Positions 38,475-47,696 of a stretch of DNA of 64,000 nucleotides are shown here, one piece after another. Source of the DNA: an uncultured Acidobacteriota bacterium. GTDB taxonomy: Bacteria > Acidobacteriota > Vicinamibacteria > Fen-336. The DNA lies in the NCBI GenBank assembly GCA_964561785.1, contig CAZLRF010000014.1, positions 25,816-89,815 of the forward strand, given 5' to 3'. A program made the position numbers and the translations under genes. Positions within the stretch are counted from its first letter, which is position 1, and every line of letters begins with the position of its first letter. Under the pieces are notes generated by a model. That model saw nothing but the letters and a program-made list of their open reading frames with translations. It was not told the origin of the DNA and did not search any database.

Positions 38475-39536
38475 TCACCGCCCCGCGAGGGCGACACCGG
38501 TGGCGGTGATCAGGATCCACACCGCGGCCACCGGGATGAGCACCTTCCAGCCGATGTGCATCAGCTGGTCGTAGCGGAAGCGGGGAAGCGTGCCCCGCAG
38601 CCAGATGAAGACGAAGAGGAGAGTCGAGACCTTGGCTCCCCACCACACGAAGCCGAGGAGGCCCTCGGCGGGCAGGCCCGGCACGCCCGCGTGCCAGCCG
38701 CCGAGGAAGAGGTTCGTGGCCAGCACGGACACCGTGATCATGTTGATGTACTCCGCCATCTGCAGGAGGGCGAAGCGCATCGAGGAGTACTCGGTGTGGA
38801 AGCCGGCCACGAGCTCGGCCTCGGCCTCGGGGAGATCGAACGGGATGCGCGCGACCTCGGCGGTGGCGGCGATCATGTAGACGAGGAAGGCGGGGAGCTG
38901 CACGAAGGCGTTCCACCGCCAGAACCAGCCGGACTGGGCGTTCACGATGTCGGCGATCTGGAACGAGCCCGCGAGCATGATGATGCCGACCCAGCTGAGG
39001 CCGAGGGCGATCTCGTAGCTGAACATCTGGGCGGAGGAGCGCAGCCCGCCGAGCAGCGCGTACTTGTTGTTGGCGGACCAGCCGGCCAGCACGATGCCGT
39101 ACACGCCGAGGGCGGTGACCGCGAAGATGAAGAGGAGCCCGACGTCGATCGAGGCGATCTGGATCTGGACGGAGCGGCCGCGCAGCCACTCCGGGAGGAT
39201 GCCCCACCCGGGCAGGGTGAACGGCGGGCCGTAGGGCAGCACCGCCACCGCGAGGAGGGCCGTGGTCACCGCCACCACCGGGGCGGCGAGGAAGCCCCAC
39301 TTGTTGGCGGCGGCCGGCATCACCTCCTCCTTGAAGAAGAGCTTGATGCCGTCGGCGATGGGCTGGAGGATCCCGAGCGGCCCGGTGCGGTTCGGGCCGA
39401 GCCGGTACTGCATGAAGGCGAGCGTGCGCCGCTCGATCCAGGTCATGAGGGAGAACAGCCCGAGCAGCGCGCCCACGACGAGAGCGATCTTGGCGACGGC
39501 GAGGACCACCTCCTGGACGGCCGGGGAGGGGCTCAT
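38475..39536 (-). CDS. nuoH: NADH-quinone oxidoreductase subunit H
   Basis: Internal start [22 protein letters not shown]...; 353 aa; ND1 motifs ([58 protein letters not shown]). It abuts nuoJ directly, so there is no nuoI between them. Confidence 0.9.
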   Translation of the reverse strand: MSPSPAVQEVVLAVAKIALVVGALLGLFSLMTWIERRTLAFMQYRLGPNRTGPLGILQPIADGIKLFFKEEVMPAAANKWGFLAAPVVAVTTALLAVAVLPYGPPFTLPGWGILPEWLRGRSVQIQIASIDVGLLFIFAVTALGVYGIVLAGWSANNKYALLGGLRSSAQMFSYEIALGLSWVGIIMLAGSFQIADIVNAQSGWFWRWNAFVQLPAFLVYMIAATAEVARIPFDLPEAEAELVAGFHTEYSSMRFALLQMAEYINMITVSVLATNLFLGGWHAGVPGLPAEGLLGFVWWGAKVSTLLFVFIWLRGTLPRFRYDQLMHIGWKVLIPVAAVWILITATGVALAGR

Positions 39537-41347
39537 GCGACGACCCCGCTCTTGGCGAGGGCCTCCTCGAAGGTGGGTGCGACCGACTTCCAGCACCTCT
39601 TCTCGCGCACGTGGTACTCGAACTCGGCCCGGAACTTCTTGAGCGTCGACTGCGGCGGGGCGACCGCGGCGTCGCCGAAGGGGCAGACGGTGTGGCCGGC
39701 GATCGAGTCGGTCAGCTTGAACAGGAGGTCGAGGTCGGACATCTGCGCCTCCCCCGCCTCGATCCGCTCGAGCAGGCGCAGCATCCAGCCGGTCCCCTCG
39801 CGGCAGGGCGAGCACTTGCCGCACGACTCGTGCTTGTAGAAGTAGATGAGGTTCTTCGCCATCCACACCATGCACGTCGAGTCGTCCATCACGATCGTGC
39901 CGGCGGAGCCGAGCATCGAGCCCGCCTTCGCCACCCCGTCGAAGTCCATCGCGCAGTCGATCTCGGAGGCGGTGAGAACCGGGGTCGAGGAGCCGCCGGG
40001 CACCACCGCCTTGAGCTTGCGCCCGCCGCGGATGCCCTGGGCGTAGCCCTCCCCGAAGATCAGGTCGCGCAGGGTGATCCGGCCCATCGGCGCCTCGTAG
40101 CTGCCGGGGCGGACCACGTGGCCGCTGATCGAGTACAGCTTCGGCCCCCCGTTCTTCTCGGTCCCGTAGCTCGCGAACCACTCGGCCCCCCGCTCGAGGA
40201 TGAGGGGCACGTTCACGAGGGTCTCGACGTTGTTGACGATCGTCGGGCAGCCGTACAGCCCCACCACCGCCGGGAAGGGCGGCTTGATCCGGGGCTGCCC
40301 GCGCTTGCCCTCGAGCGACTCGATGAGGGCCGTCTCCTCCCCGCACTCGTAGGCGCCCGCGCCCCGGTGGACGTGGATCTCCACGTCGACGCCGGTGCCG
40401 AGGATGTTCTTCCCGACGTAGCCCTTCGCCCGCGCCTCGGCGAGGGCGCGCTCCAGCGTCCGCGCCCCCTCGTGGAACTCGCCCCGGATGTAGATGTAGG
40501 CGGCCTGCGAGCGGATCGCGTGGCAGCTCACCACGGTGGCCTCGATCAGCCGGTGGGGGTCGCGCTCGATGATCACCCGGTCCTTGTAGGTCCCCGGCTC
40601 GCTCTCGTCGGCGTTGACGCAGAGGTAGCGCGGCTTCGGGTTGTCCTTGGGAAGGAAGCCCCACTTCATCCCGGTCGGGAAGCCGGCCCCGCCCCGGCCG
40701 CGGAGGTTCGACCTCTTGACCGTCTCGACGATCTCCTCCGGCGCGAGCCTCAACCACTCGGCGAGCCTCGAGTAGCCTCCCGACGCCTCGTACACGGCGA
40801 TCGAGGTCGAGCCCTCCTTCCAGACGTTGGCGAACAGGATGTGCTCGCCGGGGCTCTTGGGCCACTCGAAGCGGCGGCGGACCGTCTCCCCCGCGATCAC
40901 CTTGTCGATGTCGCCCGCGGTCGCGTGCTCGAGCCACTCGCCGTTCACCTGCACCGCGGGGGCGCCGCCGCAGGCGGCGAGGCATTCGACGGTCTTGACC
41001 GTGAACTTCTCGTCGGGCGTCGTGCCCCCCGGCTTCACCCCGAGGCGCCTGCAGGTGTGCTCGAGGAGCTCCTGCGCGCCGCCGAGCGAGCACGAGAGGG
41101 TGGTGCAGATCTCGATGAGGGTCTTCCCCTCCGGCTTCAGCCGGAACATCGTGTAGAAGCTCGCGGTGTCGTGGACCTGCGCGGGCGAGAGGTCGAGCAG
41201 CTCCGCCACGTGCTCGATCGCCTCGCGGCTGATGAAGCCCTCCTGCTCCTGCACGATGTGCAGCGCCGGCAGCAGCGCCGAGCGCTTGACCGGGTAGCGC
41301 TTCACGATCTCGTCGAAACGGGCCTTGTTCTCGGGAGAGAGCTGCAT
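39533..41347 (-). CDS. nuoEF: Fused NuoE-NuoF NADH dehydrogenase subunit (N-terminal 24-kDa thioredoxin-like [2Fe-2S] domain plus 51-kDa FMN/NADH/[4Fe-4S] domain)
   Basis: 604 aa. Residues about 1-165 are NuoE-like with the Cys quartet (ICTTLSC ... ECLAACGGAP). The rest is NuoF: RGRGGAGFPTGMKWGF (NADH/FMN site), YLCVNADESEPGTYKDRVIIE, and the [4Fe-4S] motif ESCGKCSPCREGTGW. No nuoG follows. Confidence 0.85.
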   Translation of the reverse strand: MQLSPENKARFDEIVKRYPVKRSALLPALHIVQEQEGFISREAIEHVAELLDLSPAQVHDTASFYTMFRLKPEGKTLIEICTTLSCSLGGAQELLEHTCRRLGVKPGGTTPDEKFTVKTVECLAACGGAPAVQVNGEWLEHATAGDIDKVIAGETVRRRFEWPKSPGEHILFANVWKEGSTSIAVYEASGGYSRLAEWLRLAPEEIVETVKRSNLRGRGGAGFPTGMKWGFLPKDNPKPRYLCVNADESEPGTYKDRVIIERDPHRLIEATVVSCHAIRSQAAYIYIRGEFHEGARTLERALAEARAKGYVGKNILGTGVDVEIHVHRGAGAYECGEETALIESLEGKRGQPRIKPPFPAVVGLYGCPTIVNNVETLVNVPLILERGAEWFASYGTEKNGGPKLYSISGHVVRPGSYEAPMGRITLRDLIFGEGYAQGIRGGRKLKAVVPGGSSTPVLTASEIDCAMDFDGVAKAGSMLGSAGTIVMDDSTCMVWMAKNLIYFYKHESCGKCSPCREGTGWMLRLLERIEAGEAQMSDLDLLFKLTDSIAGHTVCPFGDAAVAPPQSTLKKFRAEFEYHVREKRCWKSVAPTFEEALAKSGVVA

Positions 41348-41360
41348 CGTGTGGTCCTGC

Positions 41361-41711
41361 CTACCAGTCGAGGGCGCCCGACTTCCACGCGTAGACGAAG
41401 CCGCCCCCGAGCAGCGTCATGAAGACGCCCATCTCGACCAGGCCGAAGAGGCCGAGGTCCCTGAAGACGAGCGCCCACGGGTAGAGGAAGGCGGCGTCCA
41501 CGTCGAGGAGGATGAAGATCATGCACACCAGGTAGAACTTGATCGGGAAGCGCTCCCGGGCGGTGCCCACCGGCGGCATGCCGCACTCGTAGGTGCTGAG
41601 CTTCGTCTCGCTCGGGCGGGGGCGCCCGAGCAGGTGTGACATGAAGAGGGTGAAGACGCCGAAGCCGAGCGCGACCGCACCCAGGATCAGTATCGGGGCA
41701 TAGCTGGGCAT
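41361..41711 (-). CDS. nuoA: NADH-quinone oxidoreductase subunit A
   Basis: Internal start MPSYAPILILGAVALGFGVFTLFMSHLLGRPRPSETKLSTYECGMPPVGTARERFPIKFYLVCMIFILLDVDAAFLYPWALVFRDLGLFGLVEMGVFMTLLGGGFVYAWKSGALDW; 116 aa, three TM helices, ND3 signature. Confidence 0.88.
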   Translation of the reverse strand: MPSYAPILILGAVALGFGVFTLFMSHLLGRPRPSETKLSTYECGMPPVGTARERFPIKFYLVCMIFILLDVDAAFLYPWALVFRDLGLFGLVEMGVFMTLLGGGFVYAWKSGALDW

Positions 41712-41837
41712 GAGATCCGGGGACCGCCGCAAGACCGCAAGGCGGTGAGCCGGGGCACTATAGCTTTCGGTCGAACGGGGTGTCAACGCTCGCATCCCTC
41801 GGCGCTCCGGCCCGCGGCGAGCGCCGAGGGAATCGGC

Positions 41838-42968
41838 TCAGCCCTCGATCTTCAGCACCTGCGCCTTCGCCTGCGCCGTCAGCACGAGCTCGGTCGCGAG
41901 GAAGCAGTGCTCCTGGGACATCGCCGTCTGCGTTCGGTTCAGCACGTCGTCGACGAGCCGCTCGCCGTACGGGAGCGGCTGGTCGGCGCAGTCGACGTAG
42001 CGCGTCCCCTGGCCGTCCACGAGAAACAGGTGGCTCCCGACGCCCCTCCCGCCGATGTCCACGTTCGAGCGGACCTCGAGGTGCCCGCCGGTCCCGAGGA
42101 CGGTGATCCGCCCGTCGCCCCAGGTGCCGAGCCCGTCCGCCGTGAACCAGTCGACCCGGGCGTACCCCGTGCCCCGGTCGCCCCGCCACATCACGTCCCC
42201 GAAGTCCTCGAAGCCGGGGCGATCGGGGTGGTTCAGGTTGCCGATCTGCGAGGCCACCACCTCCGCCCGCGTCGAGCCGGTGAAGGAGAGGAAGGTGTCG
42301 GCCTGGTGCGACGCGATGTCGCAGAGGATGCCGCCGAAGCGCCTCCGGTCCCAGAACCACTCGGGCCGGGAGGCCGGGTTCACGCGGTGGGGCCCGAAGC
42401 CGACCACCTGCACGACCCGCCCGATCGCCCCGGCCCGGGCGAGGTCGAGCGCCCGGCCGACCGCGCGGTTCTCGAGCCGCTCGCCGTAGAGGATCGAGTA
42501 GATCCGGCCCGTCTCCCGCTGGACCCGTCGGACCTCCGCGAGCTGCCCGAGCGACGTGGCGCCCGGCTTGTCGACCATGAAGTCCTTGCCGTGGCGCATC
42601 GCCCGCACGCCGAGCGGAGCCCGCTCGTCCGGGATCGACGCGCTCACCACGAGCGCGAGCCTCGGGTCCTCGAGGATCTCGCGCTCTTCCGCGACCCGCC
42701 TCGCCTGCGGAAACGCCTTCAGGAACGCGGCCGCGAGGTCGTCCTCCCTGGCGTGGAACGCGACGAGCTCGCCGCCCCCCTTCTGGACCGCCCGCACCTG
42801 GCTGTAGACGTGGCCGTGGTTGAGGCCGATCACCCCGAATCGGATCCGCGGCGCGGCGCGGCCCGACGCCGCCCCCTGCCCCCGTGCCGGGCGCGAAAGC
42901 GCCGAGACCGCCGCCGCCCCCGCCGCCGCCTTCACGAAGCCCCGTCGATCCGTCGTCACATGGCCCAT
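41838..42968 (-). CDS. Gfo/Idh/MocA-family NAD(P)-dependent oxidoreductase with Tat signal peptide
   Basis: Internal start MGHVTTDRRGFVKAAAGAAAVSALSRPARGQ (twin-arginine motif) at residue 115 of ORF 41838..43310; Rossmann N-domain IRFGVIGLNHGHVY. Confidence 0.75.
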   Translation of the reverse strand: MGHVTTDRRGFVKAAAGAAAVSALSRPARGQGAASGRAAPRIRFGVIGLNHGHVYSQVRAVQKGGGELVAFHAREDDLAAAFLKAFPQARRVAEEREILEDPRLALVVSASIPDERAPLGVRAMRHGKDFMVDKPGATSLGQLAEVRRVQRETGRIYSILYGERLENRAVGRALDLARAGAIGRVVQVVGFGPHRVNPASRPEWFWDRRRFGGILCDIASHQADTFLSFTGSTRAEVVASQIGNLNHPDRPGFEDFGDVMWRGDRGTGYARVDWFTADGLGTWGDGRITVLGTGGHLEVRSNVDIGGRGVGSHLFLVDGQGTRYVDCADQPLPYGERLVDDVLNRTQTAMSQEHCFLATELVLTAQAKAQVLKIEG

Positions 42969-42996
42969 GGAGGGGGAGCTTATACTCCGTTCCACG

Positions 42997-44442
42997 ATGC
43001 GCCGAACGAAGATCGTCGCCACCGTCGGTCCCGCCTCCCGCAGCCCCGAGATGCTCGAGAAGCTGCTCCACGCCGGAGTGAACGTCTTCCGCCTGAACTT
43101 CTCCCACGGCACCCACGAGGAGCACCAGGGGGTGATCCGTGCCGTGCGCGAGATCGCGGCGAGGCTCCACCGCCCGGTCGCGCTCCTGCAGGACCTGTCC
43201 GGCCCGAAGATCCGGACGGGCAGGGTGGCGGGGAACGGCATCGAGCTCGTGAAGGGCGCGCGCGTCGCCATCACCACCGACACGCAGGTCGAGGGGACGG
43301 CCGAGCTCATCTCGACGACCTACGAGGCGCTGCCCCGCGACGTGAAGACGGGCGACCAGGTCCTCCTCGACGACGGCAACCTCGAGCTGCGGGTGGTGGG
43401 CGTCTCCGGCGGGCTCGTCGAGTGCGAGGTCGTGGACGGCGGGACGCTCCGCTCGAACAAGGGCATGAACCTGCCCGGCGTCGCGCTCTCGACCCCCGCC
43501 CTCACCGAGAAGGACCGGAGGGACCTCGTCTTCGGCATCCAGCACCAGGTGGACTACGTGGCGATGTCGTTCGTGCGCCGCGCCGAGGACGTGCTGGAGG
43601 GCAAGGCCCTCATCCGCTCGATGGGCGAGGCGACCCCCATCATCGCCAAGATCGAGAAGCCGCAGGCGGTGGAGAACCTCGAGTCGATTCTGGCCGCGGC
43701 GGACGGGGTGATGGTCGCCCGCGGCGACCTCGGCGTCGAGCTGGGAACCGAGCACGTGCCCACCGTCCAGAAGCGGGTCATCGCGATGGCGAACGCCGCG
43801 GGAAAGGTCGTCATCACCGCGACGCAGATGCTGGAGAGCATGATCGAGAACCCGCGACCGACGCGTGCGGAGGCCTCCGACGTGGCGAACGCGATCCTCG
43901 ACGGGACCGACGCGGTCATGCTCTCCGGGGAGAGCGCGGTCGGGAAGTTCCCCGTCGAGACGGTGGAGACGATGGCGCGCATCGCCGACTACACCGAGGA
44001 GCACGGCCTCAGCTCCATTCGCCCCCGCCGTGTCGACGCCCGCCGGAGCGAAGCGCCCGCCGCCCCCTCGGGCCCGGGCACGCCCGTGACCCGCAGCCTC
44101 ACCCGGGTCGCCGTCTCGGTGGCCGAGGAGCTCGGCTGCAAGCTGATCCTGGCCTTCACCGAGTCGGGCATCACCGCCCGGCTGGTCGCGGGGCACCGGC
44201 CGAGCGTGCCCGTGGTGGCGGTCGCCCACGAGGACCGCGTCTATCGCCAGCTCGCGCTGTGGTGGGGAGTCGTCCCGGTCAAGTCCGAGTTCGTCGAGAG
44301 CACCGACGACCTCCTGGCCGCGGGCGAGGCGCGCCTCAAGGCGCGCGGGCTCGTCGAGCGTGGCGATACCATCCTCATGCTCTCCGGCCACTCGATGGCG
44401 GCGGCGGCCACGAACATGATGCGGGTCCACACGGTTTCGTGA
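42997..44442 (+). CDS. pyk: Pyruvate kinase
   Basis: Internal start MRRTKIVATVGPASRSPEMLEKLLHAGVNVFRLNFSHG...; 481 aa; ...IAKIEKPQAVENL..., MVARGDLGVE. The upstream 59 codons of ORF 42820..44442 overlap the divergent oxidoreductase. Confidence 0.92.
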   Translation: MRRTKIVATVGPASRSPEMLEKLLHAGVNVFRLNFSHGTHEEHQGVIRAVREIAARLHRPVALLQDLSGPKIRTGRVAGNGIELVKGARVAITTDTQVEGTAELISTTYEALPRDVKTGDQVLLDDGNLELRVVGVSGGLVECEVVDGGTLRSNKGMNLPGVALSTPALTEKDRRDLVFGIQHQVDYVAMSFVRRAEDVLEGKALIRSMGEATPIIAKIEKPQAVENLESILAAADGVMVARGDLGVELGTEHVPTVQKRVIAMANAAGKVVITATQMLESMIENPRPTRAEASDVANAILDGTDAVMLSGESAVGKFPVETVETMARIADYTEEHGLSSIRPRRVDARRSEAPAAPSGPGTPVTRSLTRVAVSVAEELGCKLILAFTESGITARLVAGHRPSVPVVAVAHEDRVYRQLALWWGVVPVKSEFVESTDDLLAAGEARLKARGLVERGDTILMLSGHSMAAAATNMMRVHTVS

Positions 44443-44648
44443 TGCCATCCCGAGGAGCTCCGTCCGAGTCGGGCGACGAGGGATACCTCGAAGGCCCCGA
44501 TGAGGGCCAGGGGCTGGAAAGCCCCGACGAGAGCCGCGGGGTGGGAAGGCCCGGGGACAGAGAAGCCGCTACGGCCAGGCTGCGCCCAGCTTCCTTTGAA
44601 CTGGGGAGCTTCGCCCCCCAGACCCCCCGTGGTCGGCGAACGACGAGA

Positions 44649-45050
44649 TTGCGGGCTGGGGCCCTCCTGGCGTCGGCCTCGGTGCTGCTCGTGGCGTGCT
44701 CGGGAAACCCGAAGCCGAAGGCGTACGCGTTCCCGCCGCCCGAGACGCCCGCGGTCGGGACGGTCGTCGAGGGCGTGGCCTCGTGGTACGGGCCGGGCTA
44801 CCACGGGAACAAGACATCGAGCGGCGAGACCTTCGACCAGGACGCGCTCACCGCGGCCCACGCCTACTGGGCCTTCGGCACCCGCGTGAAGGTGACGTTC
44901 CCGGCCACCGGCAGGAGCGTCGTCGTACGGATCAACGACCGCTTCCCCTCGCACAAGGGCCGCGCCATCGACCTCTCGCGCGGCGCGGCGAAGGCCATCG
45001 GCCTCATCGGCCCCGGCACGGGGACGGTCCGGCTCGAGGTCGTCGAGTAG
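44649..45050 (+). CDS. RlpA-like lipoprotein (double-psi beta-barrel domain)
   Basis: TTG-start model LRAGALLASASVLLVACSGNPK (lipobox LVAC); DPBB core VEGVASWYGPGYHGNKTSSGETFDQDALTAAHAYWAFGTRVKVTFPATGRSVVVRINDRFP. The same frame is open back to an ATG at 44442 through an acidic low-complexity stretch, so the N-terminus is ambiguous. Everything upstream in ORF 41745..45050 is junk. Confidence 0.65.
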   Translation: MRAGALLASASVLLVACSGNPKPKAYAFPPPETPAVGTVVEGVASWYGPGYHGNKTSSGETFDQDALTAAHAYWAFGTRVKVTFPATGRSVVVRINDRFPSHKGRAIDLSRGAAKAIGLIGPGTGTVRLEVVE

Positions 45051-45150
45051 CCGCCCGAGGTGTCCGCACCATTGACTCACTCCGCGGGCGCGGGGTAGCG
45101 TCGCGGCGGCGGCGAGGCTTCTCGCCGGCCCTGACCCCGGGAGGGCCCCG

Positions 45151-47595
45151 ATGCTCCGCGTCGTGAGCAGGCTCGTGTCCGCGTCGCTGTTCGTGGCCCC
45201 GCTCGCTGCGGGCGCCGACGACGCTCCTCGCCCCGCCACCGGGTGGCGGCAACCGCCCCCCGAGGTGATGGAGGTGCTCCACGCGCCGCAGCTGCCGTGG
45301 GTCTTCGCCGCGCCCTCGGGCGCTCACCTGCTGCTCGCCGACCCCGTCAGCTACCCGCCGCTCGCCGAGCTGGCGGGGCCGATGCACAAGCTCGCCGGCA
45401 TCCGGGTGGACCCCGTGGTCGGCGCCGTCCACGGGCGGCACGGGGCCACCTCCCCGCGGCTGGTGGCGGTCGAGGGGGGCGCCGAGATCCGCCTCCCCCT
45501 GCCCGAGGGCGCCGAGGTCCACGAGGTGGACTGGACCGCCGACGGCCGGCGCTTCGCCCTCACGGTCCGTCACGCCGATCACATGGGCCTGTGGGTGGGC
45601 TCCGTGGCCGGCGACCTGAAGAAGGTCGACGTGAAGGTCAACCCGCTTCTCGGCTCGGCAGCCGTCTGGCTCCCCGACCAGAAGCGCCTCCTGGTCCGTG
45701 GCGTCCCGGAGCGGGGCGCGCCGCCGGCGCCGCCCGCCGTCCCCGCGGGGCCGGAGATTCAGGAGGGCAAGGGCGCCGCCGCGCGCTCCACCTACGAGTC
45801 CCGCAACCTGCTCGAGACGGCCCACGACGACGCCCTCTTCTCCCACTACGCCGCCTCCGAGCTGGTCGTCGTCGACCCGCAGACCGCCGAGCGCAGGACG
45901 GTGGGCCCGCTCGCGGTCTACGCCACCGCCGACGCCTCGCCGGACGGGCGCTACCTGCTCGTGGAGCGTCTCGTCCCGCCGTGGTCGCACGCGGTGCCCT
46001 GGTGGCGCTTCGCCCGCGCGGTCGAGGTGTGGGCCAGCGACGGGACGCCCGTCGCCACCGTGGCGTCGCTGCCCGTGGCCGACCAGGTCCCGATCCAGGG
46101 GGTGCCGGTCGGACCGCGCGAGGTCTCGTGGCGGGCCACCTCTCCGCACGAGCTCTTCTGGGTCGAGGCCCTGGACGGCGGCAACCCCGTCGCGAAGGCC
46201 ACGCACCGCGACCGGCTCGTGCGCCTGCGGGCCCCCTTCACCGCGCAGGCGGAGGAGGTCTTCCGGGCCGAGCACCGCATCGAGGACTGGCAGGGCGGGT
46301 GGGGGGCGGACGGCGGCACGCTGGTGCTCACCCAGCGCGAGCGCATGCGGCGCTGGCTCTACACCTGGCTGCTGGACGTGGACGCGGGCACCGCGCGCCC
46401 CTGGTTCGACCTCAACGAGGACGACCGCTACCGCTCCCCCGGCCGGCCCGTGCGCCGTCCCCTGCCGAACGGCCAGTGGGTGCTGCGGCAGCAGGGCGAC
46501 GCCGTGTTCTTCTCCGGCAGCGGCGCGACCGACCAGGGCGACCGCCCGTTCCTCGACCTGCGCCACCTGAAGACCGGCGCGACCGAGCGCCTGTTCCGGT
46601 GCGACCCGAGCCGCTACGAGGCCTTCGTCGCCTTCGCCGGCGGCGACGATCGCTTCGTCCTGCGCTCCGAGTCCGCGACCGAGGTGCCGAACTACTGGCT
46701 GGCGACGCTCGGGAAGGCGACCGCCGCGCCCGAAGGCGAGGCCACCCGGGCCCACACCCGCACCCCCGTCACCCGCTTCGAGGACCCGACGCCCCAGCTG
46801 CGCAAGATCGAGAAGCGCCTCGTCCGCTACCAGCGCAAGGACGGCGTGCCGCTGAGCTTCGAGCTCCACCTGCCGCCCGGCTACCAGGAGGGCACGCGGC
46901 TGCCCACGGTCCTCTACGCCTATCCCCTCGAGTACTCCGACCCCTCGACTGCCGGCCAGGTCAGCGGGTCGGTCCGGCGCTTCAGCCGCATCTCGGGGGC
47001 CTCCCACCTCTTCTTCCTGCTCCAGGGCTACGCGGTGCTCGACGCGACCACGATGCCGATGATCGGCGACCCCGAGACCACGTACGACACCTTCGTGCCC
47101 CAGCTCGTCGCCGACGCCGAGGCGGCGGTGGCGAAGGCGGTGGAGATCGGGGTGGCCGACCCCCGGCGCATCGGCATCATCGGCCACAGCCACGGGGGGC
47201 TCATGGTGGCGACCCTTCTCGCCCACACCGACCTCTTCCGGGCCGGCATCGCCCGCTCGGGCTCCTACAACAAGACCATGCAGCCCTTCGGCTTCCAGTC
47301 CGAGCGCCGGTCTCTCTTCGAGGCCCGCGACGCCTACATCCAGGCCTCGCCCACCTTCGTCGCCAACCGGGTGAACGAGCCGGTGCTCGTCCTCCATGGA
47401 GGCGCCGACTCGAACCCCGGCACCCTCACCATCCAGTCCCAGGTCTTCTTCGAGGCCGTCCGCGGATCGGGAGGCACCGCCCGCCTCGTGCTGCTCCCCT
47501 TCGAGGACCACGGCTACCGGGCCCGGGAGACGATCGAGCACGTGCTGTGGGAGCAGATCCGGTGGTTCGACGAGCACGTGAAGAACGCGCAGTAG
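45151..47595 (+). CDS. Secreted S9-family serine peptidase (prolyl oligopeptidase / dipeptidyl-peptidase-like) with N-terminal beta-propeller
   Basis: 814 aa; signal peptide MLRVVSRLVSASLFVAPLAAGADD; catalytic serine motif GIIGHSHGGLM, later D (LVLHGGADSN) and H (FEDHGY). Confidence 0.85.
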   Translation: MLRVVSRLVSASLFVAPLAAGADDAPRPATGWRQPPPEVMEVLHAPQLPWVFAAPSGAHLLLADPVSYPPLAELAGPMHKLAGIRVDPVVGAVHGRHGATSPRLVAVEGGAEIRLPLPEGAEVHEVDWTADGRRFALTVRHADHMGLWVGSVAGDLKKVDVKVNPLLGSAAVWLPDQKRLLVRGVPERGAPPAPPAVPAGPEIQEGKGAAARSTYESRNLLETAHDDALFSHYAASELVVVDPQTAERRTVGPLAVYATADASPDGRYLLVERLVPPWSHAVPWWRFARAVEVWASDGTPVATVASLPVADQVPIQGVPVGPREVSWRATSPHELFWVEALDGGNPVAKATHRDRLVRLRAPFTAQAEEVFRAEHRIEDWQGGWGADGGTLVLTQRERMRRWLYTWLLDVDAGTARPWFDLNEDDRYRSPGRPVRRPLPNGQWVLRQQGDAVFFSGSGATDQGDRPFLDLRHLKTGATERLFRCDPSRYEAFVAFAGGDDRFVLRSESATEVPNYWLATLGKATAAPEGEATRAHTRTPVTRFEDPTPQLRKIEKRLVRYQRKDGVPLSFELHLPPGYQEGTRLPTVLYAYPLEYSDPSTAGQVSGSVRRFSRISGASHLFFLLQGYAVLDATTMPMIGDPETTYDTFVPQLVADAEAAVAKAVEIGVADPRRIGIIGHSHGGLMVATLLAHTDLFRAGIARSGSYNKTMQPFGFQSERRSLFEARDAYIQASPTFVANRVNEPVLVLHGGADSNPGTLTIQSQVFFEAVRGSGGTARLVLLPFEDHGYRARETIEHVLWEQIRWFDEHVKNAQ

Positions 47596-47696
47596 AGGAA
47601 AGAGGCGCCCGAATGCCCCCGATCACCGTCGCGGCCCGCTCGGACCGCTCCTGAGCTGCCTCGTCCCCAGGGCGTGGAGAAAAGGAGGGGATCTGG

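Noticed and set aside
41745-44441. First about 900 aa of the 1101-aa ORF 41745..45050 and ORF 41758..44448 (-)
   Set aside because: Frames overlapping nuoA promoter, oxidoreductase and pyk with Arg/Gly/Pro composition. Only the last about 133 codons (RlpA-like) are credible.
45243-47654. 803-aa ORF 45243..47654 (+) and 45004..47577 (-)
   Set aside because: Alternate and antisense frames of the S9 peptidase gene (45151..47595), which has the GxSxGG catalytic motif in its own frame.
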